Virus record (IMG/VR): IMGVR_UViG_3300015608_004663
Reading direction: 5' to 3' (one strand)
Length of the DNA: 64,000 nucleotides
Source of the DNA: an uncultured virus (IMG/VR IMGVR_UViG_3300015608_004663)
Lineage: Duplodnaviria; Heunggongvirae; Uroviricota; Caudoviricetes
Notes under the pieces: model-generated
The model's input: the letters and a program-made list of their open reading frames with translations, nothing else
Told to the model about the DNA's origin: nothing
Database searches by the model: none
Program-made: the position numbers and the translations under genes
Shown here: piece after piece, positions 1-10,374 of the stretch
Layout: each line of letters opens with the position of its first letter
Numbering within the stretch: position 1 is the stretch's first letter

Positions 1-1824
1 TTTAAAATTACTCTGTAAATTTCTAAACAAATTTAATATTTCAACAAAAATTTGCGTGACTGATGCAAGCAATCCTCTTGGATTTTCAAGTGAAAAAATA
101 AGATCACGCTTTGAAAATGAATAATCAAAGACTTGTGGTGTGATTGTCTTGTTAGAAAAAAATGCGCTAATTATAGCATCTTGTGAAATAATGCTAAGCG
201 GAGTAGTCTGCGCAAGATCTCTAACAATAAAAGATGTTGCACCATCAACTTCAGTAGATTTTGTGATCCTAGAAACAAGATAGCAAAAAATAGCAGCTGC
301 AAGATTTGAGTTAGTAGCAGCAGATCGTAACACAACAGCAAAAGGATCTGGTGTTGTTGTTTGTGACGTAGACAGCTTGGATGTTAAAAATTGCAAAAAA
401 TCTGCAGATCTTGCTATTTTATCTGACAAAAACGTAGAATCAGATTGTTGTGGTTCGGCAACAATTGGGATCCAAGACGCTAATATGTTTGCGCTGCGTG
501 ACGTTGTCTTCCACAAATTATCAATAGCGTTGAGTGAAAACACTGTATCGCTAGACGCAAGCAGCGATTCAAAATATGCTCGCTGCCCAGGCAGGAAATC
601 ACTGACATAATCATCTTCATAACTAAGAACTCGCTGATTGTTGATCAGATCAAACGCAGTATTCATGCAAGAGCCAGTGATCTGCTGAGACGCAACAGAT
701 TCACCAAGTGCACCATAGATCTTGTCAGTTATCGCGCTGTAATTGCTATCTGGCTTTTGTGTTTCAAGCAAACTAAGCACAGAATTTATTTTTTGATTTA
801 CTGCAGCTAAAGACAGTCTGTACTCTCTCGAGATAGCGACGAGAAGCGTTGAGAGCGCCGTTTGTTTAGCCAGTGAAGAATCTAACAGCTTAATAGCTGC
901 CGACGTACTCTCAATGAGCTGTGTGATTTTAGCAGCTGGCATGTTGATGATATCGTTTACTGTGAACGAAGAAAACACATCAAACAAAGACAGCGAAGAT
1001 TTTTCTAAACCAGCAACAAATGCTGCCGCGGGTTCTGAATTTCTTAAAATGCTGTTTTTCACCAGCGAAATGAAGGGTGAAGATGTTCGCTTCGCAGATT
1101 CGCACAGAAGCAAAAATGCTTTAGTTGCAGTGCAGTTTTGCACATAAATTGATGATTGCGCAAAATTTGTAGCTTGCAATGCAGCTGACGGTGTCTGCAA
1201 CAATTGTGCACTTGAGCTTTTGTACAAATCATTGTGTGCAGAAATGTAAGCTGTTGTAAGCCGATTTTCTGTCGAACGAGGATCAAGCGCCTGCTTCAGA
1301 TTATCAAACTGCGTTGAAATACCGTTTAAAAACGCATTAATTGCTATCACTGACTCAAAGGTACCAATTGATGCACGAGACGCGATCAAATCCTTAACTA
1401 AGGATTCATTTTCAACAGCGCTCTGAATCATTCGCTCGGCTTGGGCAGCTTGAAGAGCATCATTCTGAACGCGCAAAGAAAAACACGATCTTGTTGAACT
1501 GTCAGACGATCCAGACAAGTTTGCAAAATCAACATATCCCAAAATTTCTGGAACGTCTGGAGCGAAACCAGTTAAAATTTCTATTTTAGATCTTCCAAGC
1601 TGATCAACTATTCGCTTTGGTGATTTTTCAAGCATAACAACTGTTACGTTTGGAGCGCTTGCTGGTGGTGGCGCAGGTGGACTCTGCGGTGGGCTTGGTT
1701 TTACCACTTGAGTTTTAGCTGTAAACGCAGGTAATGGAAAACCCGGTGCTGAAACATCACTTGATAATCGCGTGCTCGGCGCAACAAAAACTGTGCCTAG
1801 TGATTTTGGAGCTAACTGAATCAT
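1..1824 (-). CDS. Large hypothetical (probably virion) protein, 3'-truncated by the window edge
   Basis: ATG at 1824 overlaps the stop of the upstream gene (ATGA). It reads MIQLAPKSLGTVFVAPSTRLSSDVSAPGFPLPAF... with a Pro-rich linker. The frame was checked open at both ends only; it is absent from the ORF track, consistent with no stop inside the window. Confidence 0.65.
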   Translation of the reverse strand, partial: MIQLAPKSLGTVFVAPSTRLSSDVSAPGFPLPAFTAKTQVVKPSPPQSPPAPPPASAPNVTVVMLEKSPKRIVDQLGRSKIEILTGFAPDVPEILGYVDFANLSGSSDSSTRSCFSLRVQNDALQAAQAERMIQSAVENESLVKDLIASRASIGTFESVIAINAFLNGISTQFDNLKQALDPRSTENRLTTAYISAHNDLYKSSSAQLLQTPSAALQATNFAQSSIYVQNCTATKAFLLLCESAKRTSSPFISLVKNSILRNSEPAAAFVAGLEKSSLSLFDVFSSFTVNDIINMPAAKITQLIESTSAAIKLLDSSLAKQTALSTLLVAISREYRLSLAAVNQKINSVLSLLETQKPDSNYSAITDKIYGALGESVASQQITGSCMNTAFDLINNQRVLSYEDDYVSDFLPGQRAYFESLLASSDTVFSLNAIDNLWKTTSRSANILASWIPIVAEPQQSDSTFLSDKIARSADFLQFLTSKLSTSQTTTPDPFAVVLRSAATNSNLAAAIFCYLVSRITKSTEVDGATSFIVRDLAQTTPLSIISQDAIISAFFSNKTITPQVFDYSFSKRDLIFSLENPRGLLASVTQIFVEILNLFRNLQSNFK

Positions 1825-3770
1825 GATAACACTATTGAAGGACCAACAATGAATGCACTGACACTCATATCTGGAGCTAGCGCAGCCAGTGCATACGTTA
1901 ATGTATCTGGTACGATGCTAACGTTGTGATAAGCAACAATCCTTGAACTAAAGGAATTCACGTATCCAACAAGTTCAAACTGACCATCAGATCCAAGCGC
2001 TAACACAACGTAGCCAGCGCGAGTTTGATGCAGCTGATCTGTTATTGTCACTAACACCGTATTGATCGCGATGCGCTCGACTGAAATGCTTATATCTCCA
2101 CCATCAGATGGTTGAAACGTTACATCAACTATTGATGGCTTAGATGAAACACTAGTGACTGCATCTACAAATGGATGTCGTAACTGTCGAGAATCTTGTT
2201 TGACAAGAACTCCATCATAAAGAGCGTATGGATGCTTGTAAACTGACGGATAATATGAATATGGCTGCGATCCAGAAACAAATTTAACAAATTGCAACAA
2301 TGATTCTGGATCGCGCTTTGATGCGAAGACAGCGTATCGAAAATTTCGAGACGTAGTTGAAGATGGTATCACATCTACAAAACTACTAGATGAAACAGCA
2401 CCCAAATCTACTTCATCACCAGTGTCTCTATCAATTCTTAACACGTTAAATGACGTAACATGATCATACTGAGATCTTTGAGTTGCTAACTCTGAAGCAA
2501 ACAAATCTGAGCTAGCATCAGATTTAATGATAGCTCTAGCTAAAGATGCGTCACCTGCTGGAGCACTTGGTTGAATATCGAACGCAGTTCGCAATCCATC
2601 AAGCGTGACTGACGTAACTACATTAGCTAATGTTGGTTTAGCAAAATCGCTTGTTTGAGAACTGATGACTGCAATTTGGCGCGGCAATTTTATTGTATTG
2701 CTTCCAGACTGTAATTCAGCTTCGTATTCATACGCACCGATCGCTTGCACATTATCGCTTATCGTAAGCGAACGTTGACCAGCTTCAATTTTTGAAATTG
2801 CGATTATAGTTTTAACATTATTGATGCGCCTAGTAAACGTTACAAAATCTACATTAAACAAATCTTTCACGCACAGATCAAATCCATCACTGCTGCGCAA
2901 CACAATAAATTTTGCATCAGCTTGCAATGTCTTATTCTGCGGTTTAATAATAAGGCGAGTTCCAGAAGAAAATCCGCTTTCAGCAAGATCAGATGACACA
3001 GCTACAATTTCACAAATATTTGTGAGCGATTTATCAAAATTAATTTCTGCATCATGATAATTTTTTGCGATTAATTCAAAATTTTGCAATGCAGTTCTAC
3101 CAATTTCACGCTTGTATATAAATGATAAATTGTTGCTTGCTTTGATTGACAAAATTGGTAAATCTTTTGATGTGCGAAATTCACACACTGGATTGCTGAT
3201 TTTACTAGAGACAAGCAGATATTGTTTTAATAATGAAATTTGCGTTGTCACAGAACCGATCAGCGCATCATTCACTAAAGCTATTGCAGTGACAGATATA
3301 TTGTTTTCAATAGCGCTTTCATCAATATTGAGAATTGCTTCGTGCGTACATGTGTCAGCTAAACCAGCAACACTAGCTACATCGCGCATAGAATCGCCAA
3401 TCACATTAATCATTTGCGCAGCGATTGATTTCAATCCATCTCCACCAGACATCATATCAGCAATTGTATTTTGTGAATAAGCGGCAGAAACAATCTGTCG
3501 ATTGTCAATGCTTGTCTGCTTTTTAACTAAAATTGCATTTTTTTCATCAAAAATAGTTTGCTCTTTTACGTTAAGATCAATCGGGTTAGATACTGATTGC
3601 GTTGTTAAGTTTGCGTTGTGCAGCTGCTTAGAAATTCTAACTTTGATCACAGCGTCTACGTTAGATCTTAATCGAACTGAAAGCGTGATAATTCTATCAT
3701 TAACACTCATAATCACGACAGGATTATCAGCAAATTCTATCGCTGCTTGTGCTTGTTTAAATTTGATCAT
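1821..3770 (-). CDS. Hypothetical 649-aa beta-rich protein, probably structural
   Basis: Long ORF with ATGA overlaps to both neighbours; no recognisable enzyme motif. Confidence 0.7.
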   Translation of the reverse strand: MIKFKQAQAAIEFADNPVVIMSVNDRIITLSVRLRSNVDAVIKVRISKQLHNANLTTQSVSNPIDLNVKEQTIFDEKNAILVKKQTSIDNRQIVSAAYSQNTIADMMSGGDGLKSIAAQMINVIGDSMRDVASVAGLADTCTHEAILNIDESAIENNISVTAIALVNDALIGSVTTQISLLKQYLLVSSKISNPVCEFRTSKDLPILSIKASNNLSFIYKREIGRTALQNFELIAKNYHDAEINFDKSLTNICEIVAVSSDLAESGFSSGTRLIIKPQNKTLQADAKFIVLRSSDGFDLCVKDLFNVDFVTFTRRINNVKTIIAISKIEAGQRSLTISDNVQAIGAYEYEAELQSGSNTIKLPRQIAVISSQTSDFAKPTLANVVTSVTLDGLRTAFDIQPSAPAGDASLARAIIKSDASSDLFASELATQRSQYDHVTSFNVLRIDRDTGDEVDLGAVSSSSFVDVIPSSTTSRNFRYAVFASKRDPESLLQFVKFVSGSQPYSYYPSVYKHPYALYDGVLVKQDSRQLRHPFVDAVTSVSSKPSIVDVTFQPSDGGDISISVERIAINTVLVTITDQLHQTRAGYVVLALGSDGQFELVGYVNSFSSRIVAYHNVSIVPDTLTYALAALAPDMSVSAFIVGPSIVLS

Positions 3771-4642
3771 TTTTCAATTAAAACTGTGAAAATTCTTAAG
3801 AAAACAAGAGCTCCATTTGAATTTTTCAAAACTCTGCCATAAAACACAACTCTTGAAGTTCCAATATATCCTGCATCAATGGCATGCAGTTTGATAACAT
3901 CACTGCTGTGAAACGCAAACATTTGCAAAGCGATTCTATTATTAAGAGGGCGCGGAGCCATATAAACGCTGATCCGCTGACAATCGTCAATCTTTTTTAG
4001 ATGCTCTGCTGTAGAAATTGGCTTTATTGAGCCAATCGGCTGATACTGACCAAGCGATTCACCAGCAGCGTTAACTGGTGGGAGATATGCAAAATTGATT
4101 ATGTGCGAAAGCAACGGATCACTATAAAGCGGATCTGCTCCATTGATTTCACCAACTTGTTGACGCTTCTCTAAAGGAATATTATTTGTTAATGTAAACG
4201 TTAGCTGCGATGGTGCAACTTCAAATTCATTATCTGAAAAACTATCAACCGTCTGAAGCAATGATTGATAGCGCAATGAATTTGTTGGATCGACGCTAGC
4301 GATCATGCGATCATGATCATTTTGTGTCGCTGCAACAACAGTTGATCCAGTGTTAGCAAAAGCACGTCCGCCAGAAATAATAACTGAACCAGATATAGAC
4401 GCTAGCACGTTTCCTGATTCATCAGATCTTACAACAATAGTATCTTGCTGCTTTTGCCACGCTTCAAATGATATTCGAGATGAAGCATCCGCTAGCACAC
4501 CAGTTCCGTCATCTGAATAAATGACATCTGAGTCTTCAAAAGCATAAAATGAAATATCAAGATTGCCGTCAGATAATTGACGTCGACCTTCAATCGTTAA
4601 TATTGAATCAACGACTCGACTATTTTTATCAAGAATTCCCAC
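3767..4642 (-). CDS. Putative baseplate/tail-associated protein
   Basis: N-terminus MGILDKNSRVVDSILTIEGRRQLSDGNLDISFYAFEDSDVIY resembles the 'D-x-ILT-x-x-GR-x-x-L' start seen in large-myophage tail/baseplate proteins. Confidence 0.55.
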   Translation of the reverse strand: MGILDKNSRVVDSILTIEGRRQLSDGNLDISFYAFEDSDVIYSDDGTGVLADASSRISFEAWQKQQDTIVVRSDESGNVLASISGSVIISGGRAFANTGSTVVAATQNDHDRMIASVDPTNSLRYQSLLQTVDSFSDNEFEVAPSQLTFTLTNNIPLEKRQQVGEINGADPLYSDPLLSHIINFAYLPPVNAAGESLGQYQPIGSIKPISTAEHLKKIDDCQRISVYMAPRPLNNRIALQMFAFHSSDVIKLHAIDAGYIGTSRVVFYGRVLKNSNGALVFLRIFTVLIEK

Positions 4643-5072
4643 TAATAGTAACTACTTCTGCTGGTGCTACTTTGACAGTTATTTCATCACTTGTTGCTGT
4701 CGTTGTTGATGAATCATTGTGATGTTTTAGCAGCGCGGTTGCATCACTTGATTCATTTTTTTTAAATTGTTTATTCTTATGTTGTTTTTTATCAAAAAGT
4801 TTTTTGGAGATTAGTTGCGCTGCTTCGCTTGATTCTTGCGCGATCTGTTCTTGTTGTAGAGCAGGCTGAGGCGTAGGAGGCGCTGGGCGTGGTGGTGGCA
4901 GAGGCGCTGACGGTGGTAAATCTAGCGTGGTTGTAGCGCTTATTGCAATGTTGCTATTAACCGTCTTATCGCTTGGTGCAGAGTTATTTTTTAATCGCGA
5001 GCCTGCATACGCTTTTGTGTGCGATAAATTCAATGATGTGATTTTTTCTAAAATTGCTCTATTTGCTGGCAT
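4629..5072 (-). CDS. Hypothetical Pro/Lys-rich low-complexity protein
   Basis: 147-aa ORF in the operon, with a PPPPRPAPPTPQP tract. Confidence 0.6.
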   Translation of the reverse strand: MPANRAILEKITSLNLSHTKAYAGSRLKNNSAPSDKTVNSNIAISATTTLDLPPSAPLPPPRPAPPTPQPALQQEQIAQESSEAAQLISKKLFDKKQHKNKQFKKNESSDATALLKHHNDSSTTTATSDEITVKVAPAEVVTISGNS

Positions 5073-5352
5073 TTGATTTTACCAAATGATCATGATGTTT
5101 AGACAAACAAATCATTTCTTGTAACAATTTGTTTGCGTGTTTCATTAACATACGTGCACGATTACCAGAGTTCTTTTGAAGAAGATCGTAACTTTTGTTT
5201 AATTCATCTTCTATTAGAGCGATGCAAGCATGCACATCGCTCCACGTAGCTCTAATAGTATTAATCGTCGCAGTCTTGTCCAATTCTAACTGTTTCATCG
5301 AGATGCTCTTGCAAAGATGTAAAAACTGCTGAAGCAAGTTCTTGATTTTCAA
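5059..5352 (-). CDS. Hypothetical helical protein (start probably the internal ATG, MKQLELDK)
   Basis: ORF fits the tightly packed minus-strand operon. Confidence 0.5.
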   Translation of the reverse strand: MKIKNLLQQFLHLCKSISMKQLELDKTATINTIRATWSDVHACIALIEDELNKSYDLLQKNSGNRARMLMKHANKLLQEMICLSKHHDHLVKSNASK

Positions 5353-5503
5353 AACAGCGAGCTAAATCAAGCAGCAGCAATCCACGCTGCTGATCAGACA
5401 ATCCAATCTGCTCAATTTTAGCAGCTAATTTGTGCACAAATTGTCTCTTTTCAAGAAGAACAAGATCAATATCAGATTTTGTTTTGTTCATTTTTAGTTT
5501 CAA
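5261..5503 (-). CDS. Hypothetical protein
   Basis: 80-aa ORF overlapping both neighbours in the operon. Confidence 0.5.
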   Translation of the reverse strand: MKLKMNKTKSDIDLVLLEKRQFVHKLAAKIEQIGLSDQQRGLLLLDLARCFENQELASAVFTSLQEHLDETVRIGQDCDD

Positions 5504-5933
5504 CTTTAAAAAGTGTTGGACTTAAAACTCTAATCAATTTAATCAATTCATCAGATCCAACAGTTTCTCGCTTCAGAATAATGAAGCTTCCCCACAGTTC
5601 ATGTTCAATAATGTTTGCTGCATGCTGCCAAGTTGAAATATCAAGTTCGTGTGAACTTAAAATAGACACAAGCTTCTCTGGTAAAGAGAGCTTTATATCA
5701 TCAATTGTCTTTGACACACCGATCAAATCGCTCTTGCTAACAATTTCAGATCGACAAATATCAACGACTTTGTGCAATATACCACAGTTTGGACACTCAG
5801 CAAAACTTGGCTGTGTGACTCCATCTATTACAAGAGAACATGTAATGAATGAAAAAAACTTTGGTGGTGAAACATGTTTATTTTGTGGCAGAATGCATCG
5901 ACATTTTATTAAGTGACGTTGACTATTTTTCAT
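5472..5933 (-). CDS. Zn-ribbon-containing hypothetical protein
   Basis: HLIKCRC...AECPNCGILHKVVDIC motif. Confidence 0.7.
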   Translation of the reverse strand: MKNSQRHLIKCRCILPQNKHVSPPKFFSFITCSLVIDGVTQPSFAECPNCGILHKVVDICRSEIVSKSDLIGVSKTIDDIKLSLPEKLVSILSSHELDISTWQHAANIIEHELWGSFIILKRETVGSDELIKLIRVLSPTLFKVETKNEQNKI

Positions 5934-6181
5934 TTTTGAAGTGAAGCTAGCAGTGTTTTTGTTGCGCCACTAACAGTAGATTCAGCTGTAGATGAAACAA
6001 TTGCTGTCAGCAGCGCAACATCTTTCTCTGACATAGTGAGCTTATTAGCTCTTGCAGCGGAAACAATCGTAGTGTTAATTTGCTCTGCGATAGCTGTTGC
6101 AAGAGTCCAAACAAATTTTTGAATAGCTTTTGTATGTTGCGCGTTAGATTTTTGTGTAGCTTTTAGATCAGATGTTTTCAT
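5930..6181 (-). CDS. Hypothetical protein
   Basis: 83-aa ORF with ATGA overlap to the downstream gene. Confidence 0.65.
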   Translation of the reverse strand: MKTSDLKATQKSNAQHTKAIQKFVWTLATAIAEQINTTIVSAARANKLTMSEKDVALLTAIVSSTAESTVSGATKTLLASLQK

Positions 6182-6242
6182 ATAGCTAACAATTCTTTAT
6201 CATAGATAGAAATTGCAAGATTAATTTTTTACAAAATTACAA

Positions 6243-7085
6243 GTGAAGATTATGACACAAACAAACAATGCACACGCACTTCTGCTAGAAGCAATCGATC
6301 CCGAACAGATGAAAAAAGTTTTAAAAGCTCTGTCTTTTATGAGAAAAATTGATTTTTCATCAATACCGACACTAAACAGCGCAATCAAATCAGCGATTGA
6401 TGAATTAAACACCTCTCTAACAAAAGACACTGGAGTGATCACAAAAGCTAGTGACGTTGTTTCGCGAGCTCTCAGCGCTATAAAAGCGCGCTCAACTGCG
6501 CCATTAAAAACACCAATTGGAAGAGCGGTTGAGATCGCAACAGCGATAACAAATGGATTTGCTGCTTTGCCAGACATAATTGACGCAAACGTAACAGATC
6601 CAGCGAAAGTTGCTGACAAACCGCTGGCAGATGCTGTGACAGCAAAAGCAGAGATTGTGCAAAAGCTGCTACAAAAAGCTTTTGCGTCAAAAAGCAACAT
6701 TGTGAACGCAAACAAAGTCGCAGAAGATATCATGCATGTTAAGCTTAGAACGCTGGCTAATCTAGCTAAACAAATGAAAACAGATGTCGGCGCAAGAGAT
6801 TCATTTGAGCTAATTAGCAAAGCAATTCAAACTCAGCAAACAGGTGTAAAATCTCCAAGTAAAACAAAAAAACCTGTTGAAACTGAAAAAACAACTCCAA
6901 CGAAAAGCACGACTAGTGCGACTTCAACTAAAACTACTCGATCTGACAACCTTGGAACGTTAAAAAAAATTCAAAAAGATTCTGGACTTGATGAGCCTAC
7001 ATTTTCAAAAGCGCTGCAAGCTATCGTCAATAACGGTTACACGCTTTCTAAGAAGCCTTCAGCGAAGGACGCTGCCGCTCGATAA
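6243..7085 (+). CDS. Ala/Lys/Thr-rich hypothetical protein, possible internal head protein
   Basis: 280-aa ORF; early 'LLLE' motif; basic low-complexity C-terminus. Confidence 0.65.
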   Translation: MKIMTQTNNAHALLLEAIDPEQMKKVLKALSFMRKIDFSSIPTLNSAIKSAIDELNTSLTKDTGVITKASDVVSRALSAIKARSTAPLKTPIGRAVEIATAITNGFAALPDIIDANVTDPAKVADKPLADAVTAKAEIVQKLLQKAFASKSNIVNANKVAEDIMHVKLRTLANLAKQMKTDVGARDSFELISKAIQTQQTGVKSPSKTKKPVETEKTTPTKSTTSATSTKTTRSDNLGTLKKIQKDSGLDEPTFSKALQAIVNNGYTLSKKPSAKDAAAR

Positions 7086-8110
7086 GCTTCAGCTGAAACA
7101 GCTTTGTCATCTCGCAGAACAATAACACCATGACGAGCAGCGTCATCTAAGATCACCATAGCTCTGGTCAAAGCTTCTGCGCGCATCTTTGAGAAGAGAT
7201 TAATTTTAAAATTAATTCGCACGACGCCGCCCAAATTAACTACTCGCTTATCAAATATTTCAAACTGCTCTGTGTTAGAGTGCTGCAGCGCTTTTGCTAC
7301 AGCGCTTTTTTTGCGCGCTTCAATCATTTTTGATGGCTTGTTAACAAACAAGCGATTTAATTTTGAAGCGACTTCAAAAGCAGCTACGCTTTGAAATTGC
7401 TTGTGCTGCCACGATAATTCTGTAATTGATACGCTATCATGCAAAGGTATTTCTAGCGCTGAACATGCATCACCAAGATCGTTAACTGTTTCATCTGTAA
7501 TGTTAAAAATCATAATAGCGAGCTTCATACGATCGCTGTTTTTCTTTACAGTGAGCTCTATCTCTTTTGAAACTGAGCGACACAAAATTAAGCTCTGCTT
7601 AGCATCAAGCGCTGCAGTTAACAGCTTATCAATCTCTGACACTGAATCAATATGACCATCTACAGCGATAGCTCGCTCTACACGCTCTAAATCAGAACCG
7701 ATCTGTTCTGCTCTAAACACAGCGCCAGCAGAAAATTCAATAAATGAATCATCATCTGTTTCTGTGATCAGAACTCTAGCGCCTGCTCTAGCGCTGAAAA
7801 AACAAACGTTAACTAATTCAAAATAGTTTGAGATTTCTGGTTTATCATCTAACAGTAGTTTTATGTGATGCTTAGAAAAGTTTTGAATGCTTAAGTTTGA
7901 CTCTGGAGACGCAGCAAGATGTTTGATCGCGTCAGAAAATCCAGGATATCTTCTCTCTAGATCTGGATTGATCTCTGCTAATTGGATCCGCGACCATCTG
8001 TTATGACTTCTGTCACATAATTGTAAACAGCTCTCGCGATTAAACCCAAGATGCTGCCTGAGAATGTCACGCCGAGCCAGCTGATCAGCTTTGTTGCGTT
8101 GGCTTGCCAA
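7037..8110 (-). CDS. Degenerate GroEL/chaperonin-like protein (true start probably downstream of 8110)
   Basis: AVDGHIDSVSEIDKLL...LILCRSVSKEIELTVKKN...VNDLGDACSAL resembles a chaperonin apical domain; ends ...DAARHGVI; no GDGTT ATP-binding motif. Confidence 0.5.
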   Translation of the reverse strand: MASQRNKADQLARRDILRQHLGFNRESCLQLCDRSHNRWSRIQLAEINPDLERRYPGFSDAIKHLAASPESNLSIQNFSKHHIKLLLDDKPEISNYFELVNVCFFSARAGARVLITETDDDSFIEFSAGAVFRAEQIGSDLERVERAIAVDGHIDSVSEIDKLLTAALDAKQSLILCRSVSKEIELTVKKNSDRMKLAIMIFNITDETVNDLGDACSALEIPLHDSVSITELSWQHKQFQSVAAFEVASKLNRLFVNKPSKMIEARKKSAVAKALQHSNTEQFEIFDKRVVNLGGVVRINFKINLFSKMRAEALTRAMVILDDAARHGVIVLRDDKAVSAEAYRAAASFAEGFLESV

Positions 8111-8343
8111 GCTTTTACCTCGTCAAGTTGTTTGACTACTGCATTCAGTTCAGCTTTTGTTTCTATAGTTTTGTTTGAATTTTGTTCTAAAGATTTATCA
8201 ACAAATTCTTGCTTGGCTCTCATTGCTATTAGAGATTTTTCTAACTCTGTCAAAGAATCATCTGTTTCTCTGATCTCATCTGATAGCTGACCTACTTCTA
8301 TCTCAATGCTAGAAATTTTCTGTTTTGTCTGTGTATCTGCCAT
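7978..8343 (-). CDS. Coiled-coil protein with C-terminal transmembrane helix (XhlA/holin-like architecture)
   Basis: Heptad-rich N-terminus, then LISWLGVTFSGSILGLIARAVYNYV. Confidence 0.6.
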   Translation of the reverse strand: MADTQTKQKISSIEIEVGQLSDEIRETDDSLTELEKSLIAMRAKQEFVDKSLEQNSNKTIETKAELNAVVKQLDEVKAWQANATKLISWLGVTFSGSILGLIARAVYNYVTEVITDGRGSN

Positions 8344-8410
8344 AGTATATCTTTCTAGATCTTTCTATTAGATCTATTAGATCTGTATTTGATCGCGCGA
8401 TCGCGCGTAA
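8344..8410. repeat. Short tandem TAGATCT repeats and a CGCGCGATCGCGCG palindrome in a divergent intergenic region
   Basis: atctttctag-atctttctattag-atctattag-atct followed by gatcgcgcgatcgcgcg. Confidence 0.7.
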
Positions 8411-8490
8411 ACATTTGGTTTCTTTGTTTTGTAGAAACTTCAAAAATTTGCGAACCAATACAAATTAAATTCGTGTTATTATCATCTTTA

Positions 8491-10374
8491 ATGATGCATT
8501 CTCCATTTGAATCAGCAAACGTACATTCTAATTCTCAGTTTATCATAGTCAACGATTTCTTTGCAGAAGAATTGCTCGGCGGAGCAGAGTTAACAACTGC
8601 TGCCATCGAAGATTCGCTTGTAAAAGCAGGATTTATTGTTTCAAAAGTAAAATCCAGCTCACTCACGCCGCAGCTAATTTCTTCAAATAGAAAACCATTG
8701 TGGATATTATGTAATTATTCACATGCTGACAGTCGAGCTCTTGCAGCTTTAATGCGATATGCACGATTTGTTGTCATCGAATACGATTTCAAATTTTGCT
8801 CTGCTAGATCTCCAGAAAAACATGCTGCAGAAACAAAAGTTCCGTGCAATTGCTCAACTACAGATCACGGCAAGTTTGTAACTCAGCTATATAACTCTGC
8901 TCAAATGATCATCTGGATGTCAGATCGGCAGCGAGACATCACGCTATCGATGTGCAGCGGCATGCTTCCAAAGAAGCAATTCACAGCATCGAGCGTCTTT
9001 GATGATGCTACTCTTGATCGCTTGAATCAATTGCGAATTTTAAGAGAAAAATCAGCGCCGTCAAACAAGTGGCTTGTTTTCAAATCTGATTCATGGATCA
9101 AAGGAACGTCTCAATCTCTAAGAGAAGCAATCAATTCAAAATTAGATTATGAGCTTGTTGGCGGACTCAATTATGAAGCAATGTTGCAAAAAATTGCTGA
9201 TTCAGCAGGTATCATCTATCACCCTCCAGGATCTGATACTTGTCCTCGTATGATAATTGAAGCAGCTATCATTGGTACACCAATAAATTGCAACAATAAC
9301 GTTCTGCACCTATCAGAAGATTGGGCAAAATTATCTAGTGAGCAGATGATTGCTTCGCTTAAAAACAAGCGATCAGAATTGATCAATCTGCTAAAAAAAG
9401 AACAAGCGCCAGCAATTAGTGGCTATGTCACAACGCTAGATTGCGTTTCTCGAAAGTATCCAATTGTTCAATGCATAAATTCTATGCTTCGCTTCTGCTC
9501 AGAAGTCATTGTGATGGATGGTGGTTCAACTGATGGAACAGTGAAACTACTTCAGACTACTTTTGGTGATAGAATCAAATTCTTTGAGCATAAAATCAAT
9601 ACACAAGCTCTAGATTTTGCTCTTGAAGACGGTAGGCAAAAAGCCAGAGCGCGAGCGCTTTGCACTGGAGATCTATGCTGGCAGCAAGATGCTGATGAAA
9701 TCGTGTGCGAGCGAGATGTTGACGATATCTTGCACATGGCAGCAAACATGCCAGCAAACGTAGCAGTGATTTGCTTACCAGTGATAGAATTTTGGGGATC
9801 TGTTGATAAAGTTCGAATTGATATCACACCATGGAAGTGGCGTCTTAGCAAGAATGATAAAAACATTACGCACGGCATACCCAAGCATCTATCGATCACA
9901 AAAAGTAACGGTAGAGTTGTTGCGCTCCATGGAACAGATGGCTGTGATATGATTTACGCTGATACGCAAGAGCCAGTTCAAGCTGCTTCATTCATGACGC
10001 CACAAGCAGAACTTGATAGAGCGCTAGCGCTACAAGGTGATGCTAACGCTTTAACTAGATACACTGCATGGTTTAGCTTAGTAATTTCTACAATTCCGTG
10101 CGTTTTTCACGCAAGTTGGCTTAACATTGAGCGCAAATTGCATCTGTATAAAGAATATTGGACAAATCATTGGGCTTCGCTGTATGATGAAACTCCCGTT
10201 AATTATTTTTTTAACAAACCATGGTCAGATGTTTCTGACGCAGAGATAAAAAACTTAGCAGCTCGCTTATCTAGCATCGGTGGATGGATATGGCACAAAC
10301 CGTGGGACGGATCAAGCGTGCCAAGCATCAAGTGCAAGCGTGTAATACCAAAAGAAATTATGGAGTGCATTTAA
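8491..10374 (+). CDS. Bifunctional glycosyltransferase (N-terminal GT-B-like plus C-terminal GT2)
   Basis: GGAELT and DTCPRMIIEA in the N-half; ISGYVTT...EVIVMDGGSTDGT...WQQDADE in the C-half. Start moved to the ATG at 8491. Confidence 0.85.
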   Translation: MMHSPFESANVHSNSQFIIVNDFFAEELLGGAELTTAAIEDSLVKAGFIVSKVKSSSLTPQLISSNRKPLWILCNYSHADSRALAALMRYARFVVIEYDFKFCSARSPEKHAAETKVPCNCSTTDHGKFVTQLYNSAQMIIWMSDRQRDITLSMCSGMLPKKQFTASSVFDDATLDRLNQLRILREKSAPSNKWLVFKSDSWIKGTSQSLREAINSKLDYELVGGLNYEAMLQKIADSAGIIYHPPGSDTCPRMIIEAAIIGTPINCNNNVLHLSEDWAKLSSEQMIASLKNKRSELINLLKKEQAPAISGYVTTLDCVSRKYPIVQCINSMLRFCSEVIVMDGGSTDGTVKLLQTTFGDRIKFFEHKINTQALDFALEDGRQKARARALCTGDLCWQQDADEIVCERDVDDILHMAANMPANVAVICLPVIEFWGSVDKVRIDITPWKWRLSKNDKNITHGIPKHLSITKSNGRVVALHGTDGCDMIYADTQEPVQAASFMTPQAELDRALALQGDANALTRYTAWFSLVISTIPCVFHASWLNIERKLHLYKEYWTNHWASLYDETPVNYFFNKPWSDVSDAEIKNLAARLSSIGGWIWHKPWDGSSVPSIKCKRVIPKEIMECI

